From positions 1-26,929 of IMG/VR virus record IMGVR_UViG_3300049015_000081: a stretch of 26,929 nucleotides of DNA, one strand, 5' to 3'. A program made the position numbers and the translations under genes. Source of the DNA: a virus. Taxonomy: Duplodnaviria > Caudoviricetes. The notes under the pieces are model-generated. The model searched no databases and was not told the DNA's origin. It saw nothing but the letters and a program-made list of their open reading frames with translations. Shown in pieces: positions 17,499 through 25,234 of this stretch (positions within the stretch are counted from its first letter, which is position 1; each line of letters begins with the position of its first letter).

Positions 17499-17541
17499 AT
17501 GGTGGGCGGCGTGGGCTGGAGGGGCTTTTAATTGGGTTTAA
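17499..17541 (-). promoter_or_regulatory. Putative Mor/C-type activator-dependent late (lysis) promoter
   Basis: Minus strand TTAAACCCAATTAAAAG-N20-CACCAT, matching the 2833-2875 motif. Confidence 0.6.
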
Positions 17542-18101
17542 GGAGATTCTTTAGTAGATCTTTTGCGTTTTGGGTTTTGGATACTGCTTTCGCAAATATC
17601 AAAAAATTGAGACATCAAAGCTTGGAATCGGCCTATCGTGGGCAGATCCTCTTTGTCGAATCCCATGGCCCGCATTAGTTCGTTATGGCACATGGCATTC
17701 AGAACATGCATGACCGGAGGCTCTTCTGCTTCAATGCTCAGCCGAGCAGTCGCTACTTCAAGGAATAGCTCTTCGGTTGGTTTACCGAGCATGCGCTTTT
17801 CCAACTCGACATATTTGCGCATCAAGTCGGTGTGATCGCGGCCGCGTTGCGCGCTGCCGATGACCAGGTTGATAGAGGAAACGACGGTCACTGTGGCGGA
17901 TGCTACAAGCGCTACAGTCTTTGCGTTCTCCTGAAGGACGCCGAAAATCGCGACGGATCCAAAGATCAGGGACAGCATGTTGGATGTTTTATCCAGCCGG
18001 TCATAGAACGCACGACGTCGTTGATGGTATCGAATCGAGCGACGCACACTGAAGAGCGTGCTGTGCCAACGATCTTCCAGATCAGCTATTGTCGCTCCCA
18101 T
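17538..18101 (-). CDS. SLATT-like two-transmembrane protein
   Basis: RRSIRYH helix, two TM helices, then RDHTDLMRKYVELE cytoplasmic helix. Confidence 0.65.
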   Translation of the reverse strand: MGATIADLEDRWHSTLFSVRRSIRYHQRRRAFYDRLDKTSNMLSLIFGSVAIFGVLQENAKTVALVASATVTVVSSINLVIGSAQRGRDHTDLMRKYVELEKRMLGKPTEELFLEVATARLSIEAEEPPVMHVLNAMCHNELMRAMGFDKEDLPTIGRFQALMSQFFDICESSIQNPKRKRSTKESP

Positions 18102-18276
18102 CCTGATCCCCTCTGCCAGGCCGTGGTGGTGGAGAAAGGGTATCTACCACTTCATCGCTCCTGCGACCATGCCCAGAGTCCTCAAATCGATCACGATGGC
18201 CTCCGTGGCCCTTATCATTGTTATTAGTAAGGTCCTCCCGGCTACGATCACGGTGGTCATCTCTATCTCTTCTCAT
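18082..18276 (-). CDS. Small highly charged, probably disordered protein (64 aa)
   Basis: AGGAAG RBS; overlaps the SLATT-like start by 20 bp; R/D/H/G-rich with PPPRP. Confidence 0.45.
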   Translation of the reverse strand: MRRDRDDHRDRSREDLTNNNDKGHGGHRDRFEDSGHGRRSDEVVDTLSPPPRPGRGDQDGSDNS

Positions 18277-18642
18277 GCGCTTGCTTCCTGCTTTGTGGTT
18301 TGGTGGCCTGTTGCTAAGTCACTTCAGCTACTGGCTGGGGATCTAGCGATTTGGAGCCAGTTCAGATCGCTCAATATCCTCAGTATGCGCGCACCTTTGG
18401 CGCTAGCGCTATTGAGCTTTGACACGTTTGGGTTGCACCGCGCTGGCCTTGCTCATTTGCATGTGGCTGGTGGATGACCCGTTCGCGATTATTCAGTCGG
18501 AACCAATCTGAGTGGGGACTGTGATTGCGCGCTGGCTGGCGATCAATTCGATTCTTTTCCGACAGTATCAAAACTTCCTTTTAGTTTGGCTTTGGTCGTC
18601 CCTGACCGTTTTTTATTATCGTTGCTATTTGATGGCTCGGCT

Positions 18643-19128
18643 CTATCTGTGTGCCGCCATGATCATGAACGCAAACAGGCCAAAGACGCCGGTGAAGCCT
18701 AAGGCCCAGGTTTTGAGTGTTTCAGGCAGATAGTCGCCGATGAAAAAACTCATCGCTGCGATGGCCACGCTCGCGAGAAAAATTTTTAACACTTGGAGGT
18801 TCTGACGTTCTCTGTCCGCCTGTTTTCTTTCGTATGCAGCGGCTTCGTCGTGGCTGTGCAGGTTGTAGTCGCAGTGCATGCATAGGTGGGTATAGCGCCA
18901 GGTACAGCGGTGACATTGCGGGCATTCTCGGGCGCGGTCGCTGCCTTCTGGTGGGGGTTCTTTGGTGGTCTTTATGTCAAAGGTCTGATGGCCGAGGTTG
19001 ATATGCCCCCGGTTGCCTTGGATTTTGATGGTGAGCTGGTGATTCTTTCCTTCCTTGGGGAGGTTTTCGATTTCCTCAGAAAGTCTGGCTGATAATTTTT
19101 TGACCAGATCTTCTTCCTCGCTTCGCAT
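18643..19128 (-). CDS. Zn-ribbon protein with two C-terminal TM helices
   Basis: CPQC-x10-CMHC; AAGGAG RBS; 15 bp downstream of repressor. Confidence 0.75.
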   Translation of the reverse strand: MRSEEEDLVKKLSARLSEEIENLPKEGKNHQLTIKIQGNRGHINLGHQTFDIKTTKEPPPEGSDRARECPQCHRCTWRYTHLCMHCDYNLHSHDEAAAYERKQADRERQNLQVLKIFLASVAIAAMSFFIGDYLPETLKTWALGFTGVFGLFAFMIMAAHR

Positions 19129-19143
19129 ACAGCTCCTTTGTTT

Positions 19144-19560
19144 TTAGCGATTTACTACCAACTTCAATATCCGTTCAACGCGTGGTTCATCGAGCCCTTG
19201 ATCGTCTCCCAACGCGTTGTAGACGTCTGCGGCCACTTCGGCCAATTTTTTGGCCGGCCAGCGCCGACCGGCTTGTTTGGCGGCGGCCTCCAGCATTTCG
19301 ATGATTCGGCCGAGTTTCTCGCTGTCGATGGGCGCCCATGCGCTACGCGGCGCGGTGGGGGTCTGTTGCCCAGTGATGATGAGGCAGATGTCTGCGCCTG
19401 CTTCGGCGATGGCGGCCATGTAGCTGGCATCGGGTACGCGTTCGCCTGCTTCGTAGAGCATCTGCGTTTTTTTCGTCACGCCGGCCAGTGCTCCGAAGTC
19501 GGTCTGGTTGAGCCCTAGGCGCGTTCTTTCTGCGCGCAGCCGTTCACAAAAGGAAACCAT
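19144..19560 (-). CDS. Prophage repressor (XRE HTH)
   Basis: RLRAERTRLGLNQTDFGALAGVTKKTQMLYEAGERVPDASY; divergent from ner-like gene. Confidence 0.88.
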   Translation of the reverse strand: MVSFCERLRAERTRLGLNQTDFGALAGVTKKTQMLYEAGERVPDASYMAAIAEAGADICLIITGQQTPTAPRSAWAPIDSEKLGRIIEMLEAAAKQAGRRWPAKKLAEVAADVYNALGDDQGLDEPRVERILKLVVNR

Positions 19561-19606
19561 TCGGTTTTCAAAAAGCCTTTCAGTGGGAACCGTTTGGTTC
19601 CATTAT
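19554..19606. promoter_or_regulatory. Lysis/lysogeny switch: two palindromic operators and putative early promoter
   Basis: AAACC-N4-GGTTT (19554-19567), GGAACC-N4-GGTTCC (19586-19601); TTTCAG-17-CATTAT brackets the second. Confidence 0.65.
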
Positions 19607-19681
19607 CGGTTCACACCGTCCGACCACGAACGGCAACTTAGTCGGCACCCAAGTGGCGCCATTAGCCCCCGGAGTGAACCC

Positions 19682-19918
19682 ATGGAGCTACGTACAGCAG
19701 ATCAGGCCCGAGCTGAGCTCAAGGCCAAAGGTGTTTCGATTACCCAGTGGGCGATCGCGAATCGTTTTTCACCCAACCTGGTGTTCGAGGTGTTGGGTGG
19801 ACGCAAAAAATGTGTACGGGGTCAGGCCCATCAGATCGCGATTAAGTTGGGTCTTAAGGCCGGGGAGATTTGCACTGATCCGGCGGCGGCCCTTGAGCTC
19901 AACCGTTTTGTGGCGTGA
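19682..19918 (+). CDS. Ner/Cro-like DNA-binding protein (BcepMu gp16 family)
   Basis: GVSITQWA..VFEVLGGRKKCVRGQAHQIAIKLGLK; ATG 19682 after GGAG. Confidence 0.82.
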   Translation: MELRTADQARAELKAKGVSITQWAIANRFSPNLVFEVLGGRKKCVRGQAHQIAIKLGLKAGEICTDPAAALELNRFVA

Positions 19919-20139
19919 GGCTCGTGATGAAAAATCATATCGGTTATTTGGAATCTACCGCTTTAAATCCTTCCCGGCGTGGGTGCACGAAGCAAAAAAA
20001 GAAACTTCCTACAAAAAAGCCACCAATTCCCACCGTTTACGTTGTTTTCAGTTCCTACGTGACCCCATCGCGAATCAGGCCCAAGGGTGCTGATGTTGTC
20101 AATTTACCTGAAATGTTTGGGCTGGAGGCGAGGTTATGA
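19915..20139 (+). CDS. Hypothetical early protein
   Basis: GTGA and ATGA overlaps with both neighbours; no recognised motif. Confidence 0.4.
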   Translation: MRLVMKNHIGYLESTALNPSRRGCTKQKKKLPTKKPPIPTVYVVFSSYVTPSRIRPKGADVVNLPEMFGLEARL

Positions 20140-20438
20140 ATCGCTCGGTGTCGGCAGCTGCGCGTGTGTTGCGTGCGCTGAAAGCGTTGAAGGGCCATAC
20201 GGTGACGGGGTTGAGCAATGCGGAGTTGGCTCATCTGACGCAGGACAGCCCCTGCAATATTTCGCGGGCCATGCAAACGCTGATTGAGGAAGGCCTGGCG
20301 GTGAAGCTGGATAACGGCCGCTTTGCTCACTCTGTGGGGGTGTTGCAGATCGCTCAGGCGCATGCCGAGCACATGGCTCGTCTGACGGACCGTATGCAGG
20401 AAATCAATCAGCGGATTGCCGCTGGGTCGATTGTTTAA
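20136..20438 (+). CDS. IclR-like HTH protein
   Basis: RVLRALKAL..GLSNAELA..NISRAMQTLIEEG..GRF. Confidence 0.75.
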   Translation: MNRSVSAAARVLRALKALKGHTVTGLSNAELAHLTQDSPCNISRAMQTLIEEGLAVKLDNGRFAHSVGVLQIAQAHAEHMARLTDRMQEINQRIAAGSIV

Positions 20439-20449
20439 GGAGGGGTGGC

Positions 20450-21376
20450 ATGGCAAGGAGCAAGAGCATACCCGTGGAGGCGCTGGCGTTGCCTGTGTTG
20501 GATGGGGCGATGTTGACGGCTGATCAGAATGCGATGGCTGCGCTGCAGGCCTCGCACAGCGAAGAATGCGACACGGTGAATCAGTTGCTGGGCCAGGCGC
20601 AAATGGCCGGGGTGTTTGAGTCGTTTTCCCGCACGGTGCGGACGTCGAAGTTGGCGTTTGTGAAGGAGAACAAGCTGTATCGAGGGTTGGCCGGCCGTAA
20701 GAGTCCGCACGGTGCGGGGACGTTGAGCGGCACGTGGGATGAGTTTTGTGGGTTGTTGGGGCGCTCGGTTGATCAGGTGGATCGGGATATTGCGAACCTG
20801 CGGGCCTTCGGTGAGGAGGCGCTGGATTCGATGTCGCGGATGGGGGTTGGGTATCGCGAGTTGCGCCAGTTTCGACGTTTGCCGCAGGACCAACAGGCGG
20901 CGTTGGTTGAGGTGGCGAAAGCCGGCGATAAGGAGGCGTTTGTTGATCTGGCTGAGGAGATGATTGCGAAGCACTCGAAGGAGAAAGAAACGCTGGGCCA
21001 GTGCCTTGATGAGACGAGGGCCGATTACGCCGCGCAAAGCGAGGTGATGGCGAGGAAGACCGGTGAATTGGATAAGGCTCGGCGGGAGTTGGAGTTGTGT
21101 CGTAAGCGGGTTCAGGCAATGCCCGCCGATGAGGCAGCAAAGGCTTTACGTGCGGAAGTCTCGGCGATTGCTTATGAGGCCGAGGCGAATGTGTTGGGGC
21201 CGCTGCGCGAGGGGTTTGCGATGCTGGAGGCGTTGGCTGTCGGTGGCGAGGACCACCGTGTCTTTAGGGCCGGTTTGATTCGGCAGTTGGAGATTACGCT
21301 GGGGGCGGTTCGCAGTGAGTTCAACTTGCCAGATCAGGTGGATGGCGTGGCTTGGATGACGCCTGCGGGGGCCTGA
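20450..21376 (+). CDS. Conserved early coiled-coil protein (DUF3102-like)
   Basis: AAGGAGG RBS; VKENKLYR, TWDEFC, GYRELRQFRRLP; precedes transposase. Confidence 0.65.
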   Translation: MARSKSIPVEALALPVLDGAMLTADQNAMAALQASHSEECDTVNQLLGQAQMAGVFESFSRTVRTSKLAFVKENKLYRGLAGRKSPHGAGTLSGTWDEFCGLLGRSVDQVDRDIANLRAFGEEALDSMSRMGVGYRELRQFRRLPQDQQAALVEVAKAGDKEAFVDLAEEMIAKHSKEKETLGQCLDETRADYAAQSEVMARKTGELDKARRELELCRKRVQAMPADEAAKALRAEVSAIAYEAEANVLGPLREGFAMLEALAVGGEDHRVFRAGLIRQLEITLGAVRSEFNLPDQVDGVAWMTPAGA

Positions 21377-21379
21377 TTG

Positions 21380-23134
21380 ATGAATCCAGTACAGATTGAG
21401 CAGTTGATGCAGGTCGCGCGGCGCGCTGATGCGGCTGTGCATGGTGAGCGGACGGCTATTTACGAGGCGGGAGCGTTGGCGCTGGGGGTGTCGATGTCCA
21501 CTCTGCAGCGCCAGTTGAAGGCGGTGCGTTTGGCGAAGCCACGTAAGCGGCGCCGTGATGCGGGTTGCAGTGCGTTGCCGCTTGAGGAGGCTCGGTTGAT
21601 CTCGGCGGTGTTGTTGGAGTCCATCCGAGGGAACAATAAGCAGTTGTCAACGATTGAGCGGGCCGTCGAGCGCTTGCGCAGTAATAACTTGGTGCTGGCT
21701 GGCCGGTTGGATGAGGCTACGGGTGAGTTTCGGCCTTTGAGTCGCAGTGCGATTAGCCGGGCGTTGCGCACGTATAAGTTGCATCCCGATCAGCTTTTGC
21801 AGGACGCGCCAGCGGTGTCGTTGGCGAGTCAGCATCCCAATCATGTCTGGCAGATTGATGCTTCGATTTCGACGCAGTTTTATCTGGCCGTCGATGGCGC
21901 TCGGGTGATGAATAAGGCCGAGTTTTATGACGGTAAGCCCGCGAACCTGAGGAGGATCGAGCGCCAGCGGCTGTGGCGGTATGTGATTACCGATCATACG
22001 AGCGGCACGCTGTATGTGGAGTATGTGTTGGGGGCTGAGTCGGCTGAGAATCTGTGCAGCGTGTTGATTAATGCGATGCAGAAGCGCAGTGAGTCGGACC
22101 CTTTTCATGGGGTGCCTTGGGTGTTGATGACGGACCCTGGGGCGGCGATGACGAGTGGTATTTTTCGCAATCTTTGCCGTGTTCTGTCGGTTGATTTGAT
22201 GATTCACAGGCCCGGGAATGCGCGGGCCAAGGGTCAGGTCGAGCAGGCCCACAATATTGTCGAGCGTGAGTTTGAGAGCGCTCTGAGGTTTCAGGCCGCC
22301 ACGAGTCTGGAGCAGATCAATGCGTGGGCCGGCCAGTGGATGCGGTATTTCAATGGGACGTCGATTCATACCCGCACGCGGCGTACCCGGTATGGCGTTT
22401 GGCAGTTGATTAAGCCTGCGCAGTTGCGCTTGGCGCCCAGTGTTGAGGTGTGCCGGGAGCTGGCGGTGAGTACGCCGGAAAACCGCAAGGTGAGCAATTT
22501 GTTGAGGGTTTCGTTTCGGGGCTCGCAGTTTGATGTGAGTTCAGTGCCGGATGTGATGGTGGGTGATCAGTTGCTGATCACACGCAATTGCTGGCGCGAT
22601 AAGGACTCGGCGATTGCGGTGCTGGTGGGCGATGACGGGCGTGAGTGCTATCACGTGATTGAGCGCGTCGGGGTGGATGCGTTTGGGTTTGCCGAGTCGG
22701 CTGCGATGCTCGGTGAGCGGTATAAGCGCCACGCTGAGACGCCAGCCCAGGCGTCGCGCAAGGTGTTGGAGCAGATTGCGACGGGTACGAGTAATCAGGC
22801 CGATGCGCAGGCTGCCCGCAAATCGAAGGCCGTGCCGTTTGGTGGGTTGATCGATCCGCATAAGCATGTGAATGACACCGTGCTGCCGGCTTATCTGCCG
22901 CGGCGTGGTACGCACCTGGATTTTAATGCGCCCACTGTTGAGATTGCCCCGCTGAGTCATGTTGAGGCGGCGAAGCTTCTGCGCCCGCGTTTGGGCAATC
23001 TTTGGTCGGCTCAGACGTTTGGTTGGTTGCTGACGCGGTTTCCTGAGGGGGTTCCCCAAGAACAGATCGAGGCGGTTGAGGCTGAGTTGAGACGGCCCGC
23101 TGAGGTCATGTGCCATCGGATCGGAGTTGAGTGA
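21380..23134 (+). CDS. DDE transposase (MuA analogue, rve/integrase core)
   Basis: RKRRRDAG; catalytic WQIDAS, MTDPG, AKGQVE; open frame. Confidence 0.9.
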   Translation: MNPVQIEQLMQVARRADAAVHGERTAIYEAGALALGVSMSTLQRQLKAVRLAKPRKRRRDAGCSALPLEEARLISAVLLESIRGNNKQLSTIERAVERLRSNNLVLAGRLDEATGEFRPLSRSAISRALRTYKLHPDQLLQDAPAVSLASQHPNHVWQIDASISTQFYLAVDGARVMNKAEFYDGKPANLRRIERQRLWRYVITDHTSGTLYVEYVLGAESAENLCSVLINAMQKRSESDPFHGVPWVLMTDPGAAMTSGIFRNLCRVLSVDLMIHRPGNARAKGQVEQAHNIVEREFESALRFQAATSLEQINAWAGQWMRYFNGTSIHTRTRRTRYGVWQLIKPAQLRLAPSVEVCRELAVSTPENRKVSNLLRVSFRGSQFDVSSVPDVMVGDQLLITRNCWRDKDSAIAVLVGDDGRECYHVIERVGVDAFGFAESAAMLGERYKRHAETPAQASRKVLEQIATGTSNQADAQAARKSKAVPFGGLIDPHKHVNDTVLPAYLPRRGTHLDFNAPTVEIAPLSHVEAAKLLRPRLGNLWSAQTFGWLLTRFPEGVPQEQIEAVEAELRRPAEVMCHRIGVE

Positions 23135-24315
23135 TGTTGAAGCTGAAAAGGATTTTGCAGGATGTGGGTAGGCCTCAGTCGGCGTTGGCTCAGTCGCTGA
23201 GTTTGAGCTGCGCGGCGATTGCGCAGTTGGTGAACCACAACCTTTGGCCTCGCCGTCTTGATGGTGAGGTTTTGCGGGGGCGCATTCGGGGGTTCTTGGC
23301 GGAGTCCGGCGTCAATGATGCCGCTATTGCTGATGCTTTTGATGAAGTGGATCGGCCGTACGCGAATACGGCAGGTTCGGCCTTTGTGAGGGGGCCGTCC
23401 GGGGAGGAGGAATCGATGTTATTGCCTAAACAAGCACTGCAGCCCGCCACTCGTAAGGCGTTTGGTTTGTTTCGTGATCCGTTTGATGAGTTGCAGTGTG
23501 CGCAGGATATGTGGGTAAGCCCGGAGATTCGTTATGTGCGTGAGGCGATGTATCAGACGGCCCGGCACGGTGGTTTTCTGGCTGTTGAGGGGGAATCGGG
23601 GGCCGGTAAAAGTACGCTTCGCCGGGATCTGGTGAACCGCATTGCCGAGAACAATGATCCGGTGATGATCATTGAGCCGTATGTGTTGGCTTCCGAGGAT
23701 AACGACCTTAAGGGTAAGTCGTTGAAGAGCACGCATATCGCGGAGTCGATGATGGCGGCTATTGCACCGTTGTCGAAGCCAAAAAGTAGTCCTGAGGCGC
23801 GTTTTGCTCAAGTGCATAAGGCGTTGAAAGAGTCGCATGCGGCTGGGTATCGCCACTGTCTGGTACTTGAGGAGGCGCACAGTTTGCCGGTTCCGACGTT
23901 GAAGCACCTTAAGCGCATTCTGGAGTTGGAGATTGGGTTCACTAAGTTGGTAAGCATCATCATGATCGGCCAGCCCGAGCTGGGGGTGAAGTTGAGTGAG
24001 CGCAACGCGGATGTGCGTGAGGTGGTGCAGCGTTGTGAGCGGGTCAAGTTGTTGCCGGTTTTACATTCGCGTTTGGGGGAATTTTTGACGTTCCGCTTTG
24101 ATCGGGTGGGCAAGGTGCTAGGGGAAGTTATTGACGAGGGGGCCATCGAGGCGATTGCGGCGCGGTTGTCTCAACCGACTCGCTATGGGGGGCGTGATGG
24201 GAATGTTTCGCTGCTTTATCCATTGGCGATTGGCAATTTGGTGATCGCGGCGATGAATTTGGCGGCTCAGTTGGGTGTGCCGATGGTGACCGCTGATGTC
24301 GTTAAGGGGGTTTGA
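23134..24315 (+). CDS. ExeA/MuB-like AAA+ transposition ATPase with N-terminal HTH
   Basis: GESGAGKS, LVLEEAH, IGQPEL, EVVQRCE; TGATG overlap. Confidence 0.88.
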   Translation: MLKLKRILQDVGRPQSALAQSLSLSCAAIAQLVNHNLWPRRLDGEVLRGRIRGFLAESGVNDAAIADAFDEVDRPYANTAGSAFVRGPSGEEESMLLPKQALQPATRKAFGLFRDPFDELQCAQDMWVSPEIRYVREAMYQTARHGGFLAVEGESGAGKSTLRRDLVNRIAENNDPVMIIEPYVLASEDNDLKGKSLKSTHIAESMMAAIAPLSKPKSSPEARFAQVHKALKESHAAGYRHCLVLEEAHSLPVPTLKHLKRILELEIGFTKLVSIIMIGQPELGVKLSERNADVREVVQRCERVKLLPVLHSRLGEFLTFRFDRVGKVLGEVIDEGAIEAIAARLSQPTRYGGRDGNVSLLYPLAIGNLVIAAMNLAAQLGVPMVTADVVKGV

Positions 24316-24316
24316 G

Positions 24317-24637
24317 ATGGATTCTCTGGATTTGATGAGGAATGCAGCGCCGGTCAAGCCGTGGAGTATTTTGACGGAGGCTTTTCCGGCTCAGTTGTCT
24401 GCGTTCAATGAGCTGACCCGTGAGATTCGCGAGGCTGGGGTTTCAATCAAGCTGTTGGTGTTTTTGGATAACAGGATCTTTATCGAGTCGAGCAGTCTGG
24501 AGCTGTTCATGTTTCGATTCGGGTCTCAACTGCGGGGGATTCGGTATTCGCCCGTCGGCCCTTTGACCTGTAACACCGTGACGGTTCGGGGCGTTGATGT
24601 GGCTTGGTTTACGTCAGTTAGGGAGCAGGATTTATGA
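24317..24637 (+). CDS. Hypothetical phage early protein
   Basis: ATG 24317 after AAGGGGG; ends RGVDVAWF. Confidence 0.6.
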   Translation: MDSLDLMRNAAPVKPWSILTEAFPAQLSAFNELTREIREAGVSIKLLVFLDNRIFIESSSLELFMFRFGSQLRGIRYSPVGPLTCNTVTVRGVDVAWFTSVREQDL

Positions 24638-24672
24638 CTCTGGCCCTTGGTGCTGCGGTGGCGATCTTATGA
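24634..24672 (+). pseudogene. 12-codon mini-ORF (MTLALGAAVAIL), probable deletion scar
   Basis: RBS GGAGCAGG; ATGA overlaps with the upstream stop and with the mor start. Confidence 0.45.
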
Positions 24673-25031
24673 GTGATTTCCGAAGCAAGGGGCCGGAGCT
24701 GCTGGTTGATCTGACCGAACACGTTGCGGCTGCGCTTGGTGAGTTGGTGTCGATGGATGATGAGGCCGCCCGCCATGTGGCCAACGAGGTCGCTGATCGT
24801 ATGGCGGCGCATTGGGGTGGGCAGAATGTCTATTTTCCCATGGGGCTGGCGGGCAAGCTGAGCCGGCGGGATCGACAGATCTATGAGGAGTTTAACGGCA
24901 CCAATCAAAGCGACCTGGCGCGCAAGTGGGGGGTGTCGCTTCAGTGGATCTATAAGATCGTTAAGGCGGTTCGAAAGGATGAGATCGCGCGTCGTCAGGC
25001 CGATATGTTCGCCCCGCCGGCCGATGACTGA
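24669..25031 (+). CDS. mor: Mor/C-family transcription activator
   Basis: HWGGQNVYFP, RDRQIYEEFNG, LARKWGVSLQWIYKIV. Confidence 0.88.
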   Translation: MSDFRSKGPELLVDLTEHVAAALGELVSMDDEAARHVANEVADRMAAHWGGQNVYFPMGLAGKLSRRDRQIYEEFNGTNQSDLARKWGVSLQWIYKIVKAVRKDEIARRQADMFAPPADD

Positions 25032-25045
25032 GCGGGGCGCTTCCA

Positions 25046-25156
25046 TTGCACTGGTTGCAACGGTATTGCATAGGCTGTCCCAGTTTGTGCCAGCCTGGCC
25101 CGGGATAGCCCGGATTTATCTCGCTTATGCGGTAGGATTTATCTCAACCCTCAACA
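25046..25156. repeat. Prophage end: phased repeats, two putative transposase-binding repeats, terminal CA
   Basis: GGATTTATCTC at 25112-25122 and 25135-25145; ...CCCTCAACA ends at 25156; 10-bp phased units at 25076-25115. Confidence 0.65.
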
Positions 25157-25234
25157 CCCTCACATTTCGATATTTCCAACACCCCCACCCGCAACGCTAC
25201 TCTCCTGAAAACCTCACCACCCCCAAGGGATTTC

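Larger units (their letters stand above)
1..25156. mobile_element. Transposable Mu-like (B3/BcepMu-type organisation) prophage, one arm; other end outside window
   Basis: Mu-type gp25-gp32 and gp36 genes, divergent repressor/ner-like pair, DDE transposase, AAA ATPase and Mor; terminal repeats ending in CA at ~25156, then a host gene. Confidence 0.93.

Noticed and set aside
20055-24357. Minus-strand ORFs opposite the early operon (e.g. 20055..21140)
   Set aside because: P/T/S/H-rich by-products of the G/T skew
25157-25164. Target-site duplication call
   Set aside because: The other prophage end is outside the window, so it cannot be verified
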